Origin: Felixounavirus LF82P2
Strand: one strand, 5' to 3'
Sequence record: OZ035741.1
Length of the DNA: 64,000 bases
The position numbers were made by a program, and so were the translations under genes. The first letter of the stretch is position 1, and each line of letters begins with the position of its first letter. A model generated the notes under the pieces. The model was not told where the DNA came from and searched no databases. It was given only the letters and a program-made list of their open reading frames with translations. This document shows positions 1-10,646 of the stretch, piece by piece.

Positions 1-29
1 CTGAATAATTCTATTTGCGGAGGCGCTTA

Positions 30-1631
30 ATGGACTTAAATGCTGTTAAGCAGAAGCGAGTGGAAGATGTTAGGAAAGTCCTAGCTGGAGAGTTGGGGCT
101 TTCTGATGAAGTAAAAGAAATTATTAAATCATTCGGTAAAGACCCCTCTAAATTCCTTCCAACTCAAATTCTGACTTTATTAAGATACACACCAGACCAA
201 GTTCGCCTTATCTTTAAATTGATGACTGATAAGAACTATGTAGCCCCTCAGCCGGGTTCTCAAGAGGTCTTTTTAAATACTAATGCTGACTTGGTTCTCT
301 ATGGTGGTGCTGCTGGTGCTGGTAAGACTGCCGCATTGTTAATGGACTCTTTAAGATTTATTGAAGACCCTAACTATAATGCTGTATATTTCCGTCGAAA
401 TACAACACAGTTACAAGGTGGTTTATGGCCTGCTGCAAAGAAACTATTTGGTAAGTTTGGTGGGATTCCTCACGAGCAGAAAATGACTATCACATTCCCT
501 TCTGGGGCAACTATCAAGTTTACCTACCTAGAACTTGAAAAGCACGCTGAAGGTCATCAGGGTATTGAATACTCAGCTATTTACTTTGACGAAGGTACAC
601 ACTTCTCTGCTTCACAGATTTCATACCTACAAACCCGTCTACGTTCTGGTGCTGAAGGCGATTCATACATGAAGATTTCCATGAACCCAGACAGAGACCA
701 CTTTATTTACGATTGGGTAGAGCCATTCTTAGATGAAGAAGGCTACCCAGACCCTGAAAAATGTGGTCGTATTCGTTGGTATGTAATGAACGATGGCGTG
801 ATGGTTTCTGATTGGGAGAGAGACAAGATTCTTGAAATGTTCCCCCTTGAGATTCCTCAAACATACACCTTTATTTCTGGTACGATTGATGATAACCCAA
901 TCCTTGACTTCTTAGAGCCTAAGTACCGTGGTAAGTTGGAAAACAACACTCCTGTAAACGTTGCAAGACTTCGTTTCGGTAACTGGAAGGCTCGTGCAGA
1001 AGGTTCAAACTATTGGCAAAGACAATGGTGTGAAATTGTTGATTCACTCCCAGAAGATGTATTTGATGTTAGAGCATGGGACTTAGCAGCAACTTTACCA
1101 TCTGAGATTAACCCTAATCCAGACTGGACAGCAGGTGTTAAGATGGGTAAATCTAAAAAAGACGGTTGCTATTATATCATTGATGTAGTAAGATTTAGAG
1201 ATAGACCCTCTGGAGTCGAAACACAAATTAATTTGACTGCTGAAAGTGACGGTAAGCGAACTGGTATTTTTATCCCTCAAGACCCAGGCGCTGCTGGTAA
1301 ATCCTACGCAACATCCCTCATCAGGAAACTTGCCGAGAAAGGTTATCGAGCAAGAGCCAAACCAACAAATAAAGATAAAGTTACCCGCTTTGCGGGATTT
1401 TCTGCTGCTTCTGAAGCTGGACTTGTAAAAGTCTTGAGAGGTAGTTGGAATGAAGCTTACTTTCAAGAACTTGAAGGCTTTTGTGGTGACGGTAAAACTA
1501 AAGATGACCAAGTGGATGCTACCAGTGATGCTTTCAACAGTCTTAACGAAGTTAAATTATTCAAGCCACCATCAATGGGTGCTCACACAGATTTAGTGAG
1601 AGGAAACCCATATGAGGGGCTTAGACGTTGA
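30..1631 (+). CDS. terminase large subunit
   Basis: Walker A LYGGAAGAGKT near residue 95; sits immediately upstream of portal; ORF-track start at 15 is TTG, first ATG at 30 is preceded by GGAGG at 19-23. Confidence 0.85.
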   Translation: MDLNAVKQKRVEDVRKVLAGELGLSDEVKEIIKSFGKDPSKFLPTQILTLLRYTPDQVRLIFKLMTDKNYVAPQPGSQEVFLNTNADLVLYGGAAGAGKTAALLMDSLRFIEDPNYNAVYFRRNTTQLQGGLWPAAKKLFGKFGGIPHEQKMTITFPSGATIKFTYLELEKHAEGHQGIEYSAIYFDEGTHFSASQISYLQTRLRSGAEGDSYMKISMNPDRDHFIYDWVEPFLDEEGYPDPEKCGRIRWYVMNDGVMVSDWERDKILEMFPLEIPQTYTFISGTIDDNPILDFLEPKYRGKLENNTPVNVARLRFGNWKARAEGSNYWQRQWCEIVDSLPEDVFDVRAWDLAATLPSEINPNPDWTAGVKMGKSKKDGCYYIIDVVRFRDRPSGVETQINLTAESDGKRTGIFIPQDPGAAGKSYATSLIRKLAEKGYRARAKPTNKDKVTRFAGFSAASEAGLVKVLRGSWNEAYFQELEGFCGDGKTKDDQVDATSDAFNSLNEVKLFKPPSMGAHTDLVRGNPYEGLRR

Positions 1632-1647
1632 TAGCTAGGTGAGAAGA

Positions 1648-3114
1648 ATGGCAGATATTACAGAAACACAAGAAAGCTTACCACCATTTAGAATGGGTGA
1701 AGTAGGTTCTTTGGGTCTGAAGGTTAAGAATGGAAGAATCTATGAAGAACCTCGTCAGGCACTAAGGTTCCCTGAAAGTATTAAAACTTTCCAATTAATG
1801 ATGCGTGACCCTGCTGTAGCAGCATCTGTAAATATTATTAAGATGTTTGTCAGAAAAGTCAACTGGAGATTCGTACCTCCAAAGGGAAAAGAGCAAGACC
1901 CTAAAATGCTTGAAAGAGCAGACTTCTTTAATTCTTTAATGGATGACATGGAGCATGATTGGGCAGATTTTATTAATTCTGTAATGTCATTCTGCACTTA
2001 TGGGTTCTGTGTTAACGAGAAAGTTTATAAGAAGCGACAGGGTAAAAAAGGAAAGTACCAGTCAAAATTTGATGATGGTCTAATTGGATGGGCTAAATTA
2101 CCAATCAGAAACCAATCAACACTTGATAAGTGGTATTTTGACGAAGACTTTAGAAAAGTTACTGGTGTTAGACAGAATCTGAGAAATGTTTCACATATTG
2201 CTGGAGCAATTAATCTCGGAGAAAGGCCACTAACAAGAAAACTTCCACGAGCTAAATTCATGCTGTTTAAGTATGATGATGAATATGGAAACCCAGAAGG
2301 TCGTTCACCATTACTTAATGCCTATGTACCGTGGAAGTATAAAGTTCAGATTGAAGAGTACGAAGCCGTTGGTGTTTCAAGAGACTTGGTAGGTATGCCA
2401 AAGATTGGTTTACCACCAGATTATCTGGATGAAAATGCAGAACCTGAAAAGAAAGCTTTCGTACAATACTGCAAAACTGTTGTTAACGATATGATTGCTA
2501 ATGATAGAGCAGGTTTAATCTGGCCTAGATATATCGACCCAGATACTAAAGAGGATATTTTCGAGTTCTCATTAGTTTCTAGACAGGGTGCTAAAGCATA
2601 CGATACAGGTTCTATTATTGACAGATATTCCAAGCAGATTATGATGGCATTTATGTCAGATGTTCTTGCTATGGGTCAGTCAAAATATGGTTCATTCTCT
2701 CTTGCAGATTCTAAGACAAGCTTACTAGCAATGTCAGTGGATATTCTGCTGAAGCAAATTAAGAACGTAATTAACCGTGATTTAGTTGCACAGACTTATG
2801 CTCTTAATATGTGGGATGATGAAGAACATGTACAAATCACATATGATGATATCGAAACTCCAGACCTTGAAGCAATTGGTTCTTATATCCAGAAGACTGT
2901 TGCAGTAGGTGCTTTGGAAGTTGACAAAGAGCTATCTAACAAGCTTAGAGAGCATATTGGTCTTCCTCCTGCTGATGAGTCTCAGCCAGTATCTGAAAAG
3001 CTTTCTCCAAATAGTCAAAGCCGTTCAGGAGATGGTTATAAGACCGCTGGAGAAGGTACTGCAAAGACACCTTCAGCGAAAGACCCAAGCACAGCAAATA
3101 AGGCAAATAAATAA
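1648..3114 (+). CDS. portal protein
   Basis: about 490 aa ORF directly after terminase with acidic C-terminus; track start 1639 is GTG, ATG at 1648 follows GGTGAG; call is by size and synteny. Confidence 0.65.
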   Translation: MADITETQESLPPFRMGEVGSLGLKVKNGRIYEEPRQALRFPESIKTFQLMMRDPAVAASVNIIKMFVRKVNWRFVPPKGKEQDPKMLERADFFNSLMDDMEHDWADFINSVMSFCTYGFCVNEKVYKKRQGKKGKYQSKFDDGLIGWAKLPIRNQSTLDKWYFDEDFRKVTGVRQNLRNVSHIAGAINLGERPLTRKLPRAKFMLFKYDDEYGNPEGRSPLLNAYVPWKYKVQIEEYEAVGVSRDLVGMPKIGLPPDYLDENAEPEKKAFVQYCKTVVNDMIANDRAGLIWPRYIDPDTKEDIFEFSLVSRQGAKAYDTGSIIDRYSKQIMMAFMSDVLAMGQSKYGSFSLADSKTSLLAMSVDILLKQIKNVINRDLVAQTYALNMWDDEEHVQITYDDIETPDLEAIGSYIQKTVAVGALEVDKELSNKLREHIGLPPADESQPVSEKLSPNSQSRSGDGYKTAGEGTAKTPSAKDPSTANKANK

Positions 3115-3614
3115 TGGCTGAAGTTATCTCTATTTCAAATGCTACACGAGTGCATTCGTATAGAGGTGTTCTTATCATTACTGACAAATTATCTGTAGAG
3201 GCTGGCTCAAGGGTCAGCCTTTCAGGTTATGTAAGTGATGGTGGAACCTCTGACGTTTTCACTATTTGTAGGTTACTTGATGCTCCAATGAGTGGAAAAC
3301 CGTTTATTTCAGGAAATTGTAGTGAAATTGTTAAAATTCCATTTGACAGTTCATGCCTTTTGGGTGTAAAGTTATATAACTGCGAGAATAAACGTATCAA
3401 TGTTAATAGCATTGAAGCCGCTTTCATTACCCTCGACACTGCATTTCAATCTCCAATGACAGTTAATAAAGAAACAAACAGACTTGAATACATTTTTTCA
3501 CAAAATGATTACAAAGTACTTGTCAAAGGTAAAGTATATGATATGATTGTAAATGTGGTAGATGAATCTGGTAACCATTCAACAGTCCTTAAACAAAAAG
3601 TAAGGTTTAATTAA
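3114..3614 (+). CDS. hypothetical head-module protein
   Basis: 166 aa ORF, ATG start overlapping portal stop; no recognisable motif. Confidence 0.4.
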   Translation: MAEVISISNATRVHSYRGVLIITDKLSVEAGSRVSLSGYVSDGGTSDVFTICRLLDAPMSGKPFISGNCSEIVKIPFDSSCLLGVKLYNCENKRINVNSIEAAFITLDTAFQSPMTVNKETNRLEYIFSQNDYKVLVKGKVYDMIVNVVDESGNHSTVLKQKVRFN

Positions 3615-3946
3615 TGGGAACATTAACTATTGATGGTAAGAATAAAATCCTCGCCACGCTAACCCCAACGACTATTATTTTACACAATGTAGACCCAACG
3701 GCAGACCCTACAGCAAATAAGGTTACTCAGCCAGTGGCTATTTATTTTTCTGAACCGGATAATGGCTTAATTGCCTCAGAAGATACAGTTAACATTACTG
3801 TTCCAGCTTCTGCAACGGTCTCACACTATAGCTTGTGGGATGCTAACGATAAATGCGTGGCAACTGGTGCTCTTAGCAAACCTCAATTCTTTGCTGAAGA
3901 AGGTATCTATGTTATCTCTTCAGTCTCTGTAGATTTAAACAAATAG
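3614..3946 (+). CDS. hypothetical head-module protein
   Basis: 110 aa ORF translationally coupled to upstream gene; no motif. Confidence 0.4.
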   Translation: MGTLTIDGKNKILATLTPTTIILHNVDPTADPTANKVTQPVAIYFSEPDNGLIASEDTVNITVPASATVSHYSLWDANDKCVATGALSKPQFFAEEGIYVISSVSVDLNK

Positions 3947-3957
3947 GGTGAGTAAAA

Positions 3958-5304
3958 ATGAGTTCGAATATCTTCAGACTTGCTGATAGATTATTCAACC
4001 AACCTTTACTAGCCACTGAATCATTAGCTCACTCAGCAGCAACTTATGTGAATAACAGATTGCTGGGTGATGTCCAAGCAGCAGTAAACTTTGATAAACC
4101 CAAAGGTGAAGCAAGAAGTCTTTTAAAAGTAAAAGATGACATTGCTATTATCCCTATTATGGGTGGTTTAACCCATCGTATGACATTCATTGATGCAATG
4201 TGTACAGGTGGATTAAGCTCTTATGAAGGTTTGCGCAGAGGCTTTGACGAAGCTTTAGCAGATGAGTCAATCAAGACTATTGTTCTGCACATCGATTCTG
4301 GTGGTGGTGAAGCTTCAGGTTGCTTTGAATTAGCACGTCACATTATGGCTTCAAGAGGCCAAAAGAAAATTATTGCTTATGTAGATGAGTTCGCTTGTTC
4401 CGCTGCATACGCTCTTGCATCTTCTGCTGAAGAAATTATTGCATCACCAGATGCAGATGTTGGTTCTATTGGTGTAATTATGGTTCATCAGGAATTAACT
4501 AAGGCATTTGAAAAGAATGGCGTAACAATTAACGTCATCAAAGCTGGTGAGTTTAAAGGTATGGGTTCACCATTCCAAGCACTCTCAGAAGAAAGCAAAG
4601 AAAGACTTCAAAAGAGAATTAATGATACCTACGCAACCTTTACAGGTTTTGTAGCCGAATCCCGTAATCTCTCTGAAGAAGCTGTAAAGAATACTGAGGC
4701 GAATGTTTATTCTGCTCAGGAAGCTCTTGAACTTGGTTTAATTAACTCAATCATGTCTCAAGATGATTTCTTAAATTACTTACAAGGTTCTGAAGAGGCT
4801 CCTGTAAGTTTAAACGTTAACAATTCAGGTGAAGAAATGACTGAACAAGAAAAGCAAGAACTAGAAGCTTTGCGTCTTCAGGTTGCTCAAATGAAAGCTA
4901 AAGAACAGGAAGCTGCTTTGTCAGATTTGACTAATAAGATTTCTGCTTCTGCTGAAGCTTTTGGGTTTGATGCAAAAGAAGCTGCAACGACTATTTTAGG
5001 TGCTGGTCTTGATAACCCTCTGAGCGTTCTGTTTATGAATGCTATGGAAGGTGCTAACCAGAAACTTAATGAAACTATCGCGTCCCATGCTTCTGCAATG
5101 GAAGAAAAAGAATCAGAAATTACCAAGCTGAAAGAAACTGCTGGTGCTGTTCTTGAACATTCCAACGCTATGGAAGAAGTGGGTAATGACGGCGAAGCTG
5201 ACTTGGTTGAAGAAGAAAAAGAACCAGCTAAAAATGCTTCCGAAGACACCGCTGAACAACGCAAACTGGCTCTCCAGAATGCTCTAAAATCTCTTATCAA
5301 ATAA
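3958..5304 (+). CDS. prohead protease (S49/ClpP-like) fused to scaffold-like coiled-coil domain
   Basis: N-terminal region resembles S49/SppA-type serine peptidases (IPIMGGLT...IDSGGGEASG); C-terminal half is a low-complexity E/A/K-rich coiled coil typical of scaffolds; RBS GGGTGAG. Confidence 0.65.
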   Translation: MSSNIFRLADRLFNQPLLATESLAHSAATYVNNRLLGDVQAAVNFDKPKGEARSLLKVKDDIAIIPIMGGLTHRMTFIDAMCTGGLSSYEGLRRGFDEALADESIKTIVLHIDSGGGEASGCFELARHIMASRGQKKIIAYVDEFACSAAYALASSAEEIIASPDADVGSIGVIMVHQELTKAFEKNGVTINVIKAGEFKGMGSPFQALSEESKERLQKRINDTYATFTGFVAESRNLSEEAVKNTEANVYSAQEALELGLINSIMSQDDFLNYLQGSEEAPVSLNVNNSGEEMTEQEKQELEALRLQVAQMKAKEQEAALSDLTNKISASAEAFGFDAKEAATTILGAGLDNPLSVLFMNAMEGANQKLNETIASHASAMEEKESEITKLKETAGAVLEHSNAMEEVGNDGEADLVEEEKEPAKNASEDTAEQRKLALQNALKSLIK

Positions 5305-5315
5305 GGAACACAATA

Positions 5316-5693
5316 ATGGCATATCAAGGTTTTACTAAGTTAGGTAACAGAGAACCTCTGAATGATATCATTCTTTGGGAACAGATTACCCCAACAGGCC
5401 ACTCTCGTAAAGAGTACACTCCAGTTGCTTCAACAGAATACCGCGTAGGTGAAGTTCTGAAAGCAGATGGTACTAAGGTACAAGCTGGAGAAGAAGCCCA
5501 AGCAGACTCTGTATGTATCGTTAATTTCTACGCAGACCTGCAACTGTCTTATCATGGTCAGTTGAAAGTGGTAGGTATCCACCGTGATGCAGAACTGAAA
5601 GACCTGCTAACTCTTGAATCAAGCGTTGATGCTACTGAAGTCAAGAAAGCTCTGGCTGCTAAAGGTATTGATTTCGTACCAACTGGCCTGTAA
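5316..5693 (+). CDS. hypothetical head protein (possible decoration protein)
   Basis: 125 aa ORF between protease-scaffold and major capsid gene. Confidence 0.35.
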   Translation: MAYQGFTKLGNREPLNDIILWEQITPTGHSRKEYTPVASTEYRVGEVLKADGTKVQAGEEAQADSVCIVNFYADLQLSYHGQLKVVGIHRDAELKDLLTLESSVDATEVKKALAAKGIDFVPTGL

Positions 5694-5726
5694 TAACAAT
5701 AATAAGACATTCTGGAGAATTTTACA

Positions 5727-6833
5727 ATGTTGACTAATTCTGAAAAAAGCAGATTTTTCCTTGCTGACCTGACTGGTGAAGTCCAGTCTATCCCTAATAC
5801 TTATGGGTATATTTCCAACTTAGGTCTGTTCCGTTCAGCACCAATCACCCAAACTACTTTCCTTATGGACTTGACTGATTGGGATGTTAGCTTGCTTGAT
5901 GCGGTAGACCGTGATAGCCGTAAAGCAGAGACTAGCGCACCTGAGCGTGTTCGTCAAATCAGCTTCCCAATGATGTACTTCAAAGAAGTTGAAAGCATTA
6001 CTCCTGATGAGATTCAGGGTGTACGTCAGCCAGGCACTGCAAACGAACTTACTACTGAAGCTGTAGTACGTGCTAAGAAGCTGATGAAGATTCGTACCAA
6101 GTTCGATATTACTCGTGAGTTCCTGTTTATGCAAGCTCTGAAGGGTAAAGTTGTTGATGCTCGTGGTACTCTGTATGCTGACCTGTACAAGCAGTTCGAC
6201 GTTGAGAAGAAGACTATTTACTTCGACCTTGACAATCCTAATGCTGACATTGACGCTGCTATTGAAGAACTGCGTATGCACATGGAAGACGAAGCTAAGA
6301 CTGGCACTGTAATCAACGGTGAAGAAATTCACGTAGTTGTTGACCGCTTATTCTTCAGCAAACTGGTTAAACACCCTAAGATTCGTGACGCTTATCTTGC
6401 ACAGCAGACTCCGCTGGCTTGGCAACAGATTACTGGTTCTCTGAGAACTGGTGGTACTGACGGCGTTCAGGCTCACATGAACACTTTCTACTACGGTGGT
6501 GTTAAGTTTGTCCAGTACAACGGTAAGTTCAAAGACAAGCGTGGTAAGGTTCACACTCTGGTGAGTATTGATAGTGTAGCAGCAACTGTTGGTGTAGGTC
6601 ATGCTTTCCCTAACGTTTCTATGCTGGGTGAAGCAAACAACATCTTCGAAGTGGCATATGGTCCATGTCCTAAGATGGGTTATGCAAATACACTTGGTCA
6701 GGAACTGTACGTATTCGAATACGAAAAAGACCGTGACGAAGGTATTGACTTTGAAGCTCACTCTTACATGCTGCCATACTGCACACGTCCTCAGTTGCTG
6801 GTAGACGTTCGTTCTGACGCTAAACCAGACTAA
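5727..6833 (+). CDS. major capsid protein
   Basis: 368 aa ORF after protease-scaffold, RBS GGAGA, high codon-usage quality; call is by synteny and size. Confidence 0.6.
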   Translation: MLTNSEKSRFFLADLTGEVQSIPNTYGYISNLGLFRSAPITQTTFLMDLTDWDVSLLDAVDRDSRKAETSAPERVRQISFPMMYFKEVESITPDEIQGVRQPGTANELTTEAVVRAKKLMKIRTKFDITREFLFMQALKGKVVDARGTLYADLYKQFDVEKKTIYFDLDNPNADIDAAIEELRMHMEDEAKTGTVINGEEIHVVVDRLFFSKLVKHPKIRDAYLAQQTPLAWQQITGSLRTGGTDGVQAHMNTFYYGGVKFVQYNGKFKDKRGKVHTLVSIDSVAATVGVGHAFPNVSMLGEANNIFEVAYGPCPKMGYANTLGQELYVFEYEKDRDEGIDFEAHSYMLPYCTRPQLLVDVRSDAKPD

Positions 6834-6854
6834 TATTCTTAAGGAGGGTTATGA

Positions 6855-7304
6855 ATGTGCTATACAGGCGACCCAGCCAATAACCCTCTTGATAGAGTAA
6901 GAATCCTCTGCACAGACACCAATAATGATGAAATTCTTATTGAACAGTCTGTGCTAGAGTGGTTCTATCTAGAATCTGGAAAGGATGAAAAGAAAGCAGC
7001 CATCAAAGCTCTTAAATATTTACTCTTTCAAGTAGCCAAGATGGGAGATGAGAAGGTTGGTGGTGTTTATTTACGTAACTCTTCCAGATTCAAATCTCTG
7101 AAAGCTGTTTATGACGACCTTGTTAAAAGCTCTGTTTCAGGACTACCCTATGCAGGTGGTATTAATCAGTGTGATATTGACATGCGTCGTCAGAATCCTT
7201 GCTCTGTCAAGAAATACACAGAATATGGTGATGCTGCCAGATACGAAGGCAGAGATTACTGCAACCGTGTTAATGGCGTATTTATTATCGAGCGAGATGA
7301 ATAA
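6855..7304 (+). CDS. head-tail connector/completion protein (hypothetical)
   Basis: 149 aa ORF with strong RBS AAGGAGGG; position between capsid and sheath. Confidence 0.35.
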   Translation: MCYTGDPANNPLDRVRILCTDTNNDEILIEQSVLEWFYLESGKDEKKAAIKALKYLLFQVAKMGDEKVGGVYLRNSSRFKSLKAVYDDLVKSSVSGLPYAGGINQCDIDMRRQNPCSVKKYTEYGDAARYEGRDYCNRVNGVFIIERDE

Positions 7305-7786
7305 TGGTTAAAAGGGTTATTCACCCCGCGAGAGCAAAATTAGTCGGGGCTATGAAGAACTTGCAAACGGCTAATGCTCAAGTTGGGTATTTTCAAGAAC
7401 AAGGTCAACATAGCTCTGGTTTTTCTTATCCTGCTTTAATGTATTTACAAGAAGTTATTGGGGTTCCTTCAGCTTCTGGTAAAGTATATCGTAGGTTGTT
7501 TGAAATCACTATGATGCTAAACAAACAGACCTTGTTAGAGCAGACTAAGAAGAATCTATATAAGCAACTTAGCAGTCTCAACACAGACCCTTCAAATACC
7601 TTAGAAGCATTTGCAAAGAATGCTCAAAAGGCAATTAAAAGAGGTTTTGGTAATTCTGCTATCCTCCCTCCTAACGCACCTTCCACAGTCAAGAAAAAAG
7701 GCTTTAACGCACCTCTTGTTGAGACAGGTGACTTAAGAGATAACCTTGCTTATAAAATTTCTACTAAGAAGGGTATTAAGAAATGA
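7304..7786 (+). CDS. head-tail connector/completion protein (hypothetical)
   Basis: 160 aa ORF in tightly packed operon. Confidence 0.35.
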   Translation: MVKRVIHPARAKLVGAMKNLQTANAQVGYFQEQGQHSSGFSYPALMYLQEVIGVPSASGKVYRRLFEITMMLNKQTLLEQTKKNLYKQLSSLNTDPSNTLEAFAKNAQKAIKRGFGNSAILPPNAPSTVKKKGFNAPLVETGDLRDNLAYKISTKKGIKK

Positions 7787-8184
7787 GACTCTTAAACAGA
7801 CACAGCTTTGTAGTAAAGCGTAAAGTCTCTGAAGACGGTTATTATAACGATGATGGTGATTGGGTAGCTTCACAAGATATTGTAGAGGTTAACTGTAAAG
7901 GTAATATCCAGCCATACATCAAAGGTTCTGTAAAGAATGGTACACAGATTGCTTTACCGGAAGGTATTAGGCTTACCGATACAAGAATCCTGTATACCAC
8001 ATATAAACTTAGAACTTCAGATGATGTAGAGTGGAATGAGTCTGATATTGTTATGATTGATGGTCATGAGTATGAAGTATTTATGACTATGGATTGGTCA
8101 CAGCAATTAGCCCATACGTCCCATTATGAATATATCATTATTAGAAGGGATAAAATGAATGCAGTTAGAAACAGCAGAACTTGA
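7783..8184 (+). CDS. head-tail connector/completion protein (hypothetical)
   Basis: 133 aa ORF, ATGA overlap with upstream gene. Confidence 0.35.
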   Translation: MRLLNRHSFVVKRKVSEDGYYNDDGDWVASQDIVEVNCKGNIQPYIKGSVKNGTQIALPEGIRLTDTRILYTTYKLRTSDDVEWNESDIVMIDGHEYEVFMTMDWSQQLAHTSHYEYIIIRRDKMNAVRNSRT

Positions 8185-8758
8185 AAAAGGTCTAGTTAGA
8201 ACCTTAGTGGATGTTATTGGTCACAGATTAGCTCGTGATAAAAATAATAGGCCAAACGTAATTAGGGCTTACCCTTCTGATAACTCAAATGACAAAGGTT
8301 TAAAACCTGACCAGCCATTTATCACCGTATATTGTCAGGATGCTGCAACACCTTATGGTTGGGTTCTTGATAAGTTTGTTGAGGATGATGTAGTTTGCTA
8401 CAGAATTGCTTTTCAGATTCCAGTATTAATTACGGTGAATGGTAAAGGTGCTCACAGTATTATGCTTGAGCTTAAACAACGATTAGAGATGAGTTCAGTC
8501 AGAGATTTAATCCTTGAAGAAACAGGAGCTACAGTACTGGACACTGGAGCAATCCCAAATGATTACACTTATCTCAATACAGATTTCGAAAATTCTGCAC
8601 CTCTTGTTGTAACTCTTGTAAAAAACTCAGTCCTGAAAGATGAACGTGGAAGTATTATTGAGCGTGTCATTGTTGATGGTGAGTTAGTTTATGAAGAAGG
8701 ACAAGAGCCACCAGAATATATTATCCATCTAGATGTAGACTCCAAAGGGGTAAAATAA
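8159..8758 (+). CDS. tail completion/neck protein (hypothetical)
   Basis: 199 aa ORF immediately upstream of sheath gene. Confidence 0.35.
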   Translation: MQLETAELEKGLVRTLVDVIGHRLARDKNNRPNVIRAYPSDNSNDKGLKPDQPFITVYCQDAATPYGWVLDKFVEDDVVCYRIAFQIPVLITVNGKGAHSIMLELKQRLEMSSVRDLILEETGATVLDTGAIPNDYTYLNTDFENSAPLVVTLVKNSVLKDERGSIIERVIVDGELVYEEGQEPPEYIIHLDVDSKGVK

Positions 8759-10111
8759 ATGTGGAATCCAATTGTTAATGTAGATATTACATTGAACACC
8801 GCAGGAACTACAAGAGAAGGTTTTGGTTTGCCACTATTCTTAGCTTCAACAGATAACTTTGAAGAAAGAGTCCGTGGTTACACTTCCTTAACTGAAGTTG
8901 CTGAAGATTTCGATGAAAACTCTGCTGCATATAAGGCTGCTAAACAACTTTGGAGTCAGACTCCTAAAGTAACTCAGCTTTATATTGGTAGACGTGCTAT
9001 GCAGTACACTGTATCAATTCCTGATGCCGTTACCGAAAGTACAGACTACTCAATTACTGTAGCTGCTGGCGGTGGAATTTCTCAACCATACCAGTACACA
9101 GCACAAGATTCAGACACTGCTGAGGTAGTGTTGCAACAGTTTAAAACACAGATTGAAGCTGACCCAACAATCAAAGATAAGGTTTCTGTGAATGTAACTG
9201 GTAGCAATGGCTCTGCCACAATGATTATTACCAAAGCTGGTGATAATGACTTTGTGAAAGTAACAACCACAGCACAGACTGTATATATTGCAAGTACAAC
9301 TGCCGATACAGCATCAACTGCTCTGGCAGCTATCGAAGCTTATTCTACCGACTGGTATTTCATTGCAGCAGAAGACAGAACTCAACAGTTTGTCTTAGCA
9401 ATGGCTTCTGAGATTCAGGCTCGCAAGAAAATCTTCTTTACAGCTAACTCTGATGTAGCAGCACTGCAAGGGACAGAATTAGCCAGTGCAAATGATGTTC
9501 CAGCACAGCTTGCTAAGAATATGTACACTCGCACAGTTTGCTTGTGGCATCACGCAGCAGCAGAAGATTACCCAGAGATGGCATACATTGCTTATGGTGC
9601 TCCATATGATGCAGGTTCAATTGCTTGGGGTAATGCTCAGCTAACTGGTGTAGCAGCTTCTCTACAACCTTCTAATCAGAGACCTCTGACAAGTATTCAG
9701 AAGTCAGCTTTAGATGCACGTCACTGTAACTTTATTGACCTTGATGGTGGTGTTCCAGTGGTTCGTAGAGGGATTACTTCTGGTGGGGAATGGATTGATA
9801 TCATCCGTGGTGTTGACTGGTTAGAATCAGACCTGAAAACTTCTCTGAGAGACTTGCTAATTAACCAGAAGGGTGGTAAGATTACTTATGATGATACTGG
9901 TATTACCCGTATTCGTCAAGTCATTGAAACCTCTCTGCAAAGAGCAGTCAACAGAAACTTCCTGTCATCTTACACAGTTAATGTTCCTAAAGCCTCTCAA
10001 GTTGCTTTGGCAGACAAGAAAGCTCGTATCCTGAAAGATGTTACCTTCGCAGGTATCTTAGCAGGGGCTATCTTGGATGTTGACTTGAAAGGTACAGTGG
10101 CTTACGAATAA
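8759..10111 (+). CDS. tail sheath protein
   Basis: 450 aa ORF directly followed by a 148 aa tube-size ORF and an intrinsic terminator; sheath-tube-chaperone-tape measure order. Confidence 0.55.
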   Translation: MWNPIVNVDITLNTAGTTREGFGLPLFLASTDNFEERVRGYTSLTEVAEDFDENSAAYKAAKQLWSQTPKVTQLYIGRRAMQYTVSIPDAVTESTDYSITVAAGGGISQPYQYTAQDSDTAEVVLQQFKTQIEADPTIKDKVSVNVTGSNGSATMIITKAGDNDFVKVTTTAQTVYIASTTADTASTALAAIEAYSTDWYFIAAEDRTQQFVLAMASEIQARKKIFFTANSDVAALQGTELASANDVPAQLAKNMYTRTVCLWHHAAAEDYPEMAYIAYGAPYDAGSIAWGNAQLTGVAASLQPSNQRPLTSIQKSALDARHCNFIDLDGGVPVVRRGITSGGEWIDIIRGVDWLESDLKTSLRDLLINQKGGKITYDDTGITRIRQVIETSLQRAVNRNFLSSYTVNVPKASQVALADKKARILKDVTFAGILAGAILDVDLKGTVAYE

Positions 10112-10126
10112 TAGAGGTAAATTGGA

Positions 10127-10573
10127 ATGGCTATGTATCAGCAATATTCCCCTAAAGACGTTGTATGTAGCTGGAATGGTATTGCCATTGAAGGCTTTGC
10201 CCCAGATTCATTCTTACGTCTACAGAGAACATCACCACTTGTGACACCAGTTGTTGGTGCAGGTGGTCAGGTTGCTCTGACAAGAAATGCAGACAAGACA
10301 GGTACTATTGAGATTGAGCTAATGCAGACTTCTCTCTCTAACCAGATGCTTTCTGCAATTCAAGCTAAACAAGACAATATGGAACTTGAAGAAGATATCT
10401 CTTCTAACTTCGTAATCTACGACCCATCAGGCTCTGTTCTGGCAACCGGTATTAATGCTTGGTTGCAGGAATTACCACAGATTGAACTTGGTCGTGACCA
10501 GAACTCTAAAACTTGGATTTTTGGTTGTGAGAAGCTAGACTACACTTCTACAATTCCAGCGTCAAGTGTTTAA
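10127..10573 (+). CDS. tail tube protein
   Basis: 148 aa ORF after sheath, followed by strong terminator. Confidence 0.5.
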   Translation: MAMYQQYSPKDVVCSWNGIAIEGFAPDSFLRLQRTSPLVTPVVGAGGQVALTRNADKTGTIEIELMQTSLSNQMLSAIQAKQDNMELEEDISSNFVIYDPSGSVLATGINAWLQELPQIELGRDQNSKTWIFGCEKLDYTSTIPASSV

Positions 10574-10585
10574 TAAATCCTATAA

Positions 10586-10617
10586 GGGGGAGACTTTAAA
10601 AGGTCTTCCCCTTTTTT
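10586..10617 (+). terminator. intrinsic terminator after tail tube gene
   Basis: stem GGGGGAGACT / GGTCTTCCCC (two G-U pairs), loop TTAAAA, then TTTTTT. Confidence 0.6.
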
Positions 10618-10646
10618 GTTTCTTTTAAAAGTATTAAGGAATCACA

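Noticed and set aside
15-29. Terminase gene starting at position 15 and possibly being 5'-truncated by the window edge
   Set aside because: Position 15 is a TTG; an in-frame stop lies at 6-8 and a good GGAGG RBS precedes the ATG at 30, so the gene is complete and starts at 30.
1095-1511. Minus-strand 138-aa ORF inside the terminase gene (and similar antisense or alternative-frame ORFs such as 1755-1997, 2025-2261, 5835-6332, 6348-6761, 31975-32379, 32434-32823, 55080-55607, 59588-59932)
   Set aside because: Fully embedded in long, well-supported genes on the other strand or frame, no RBS, odd composition; typical ORF-finder noise.
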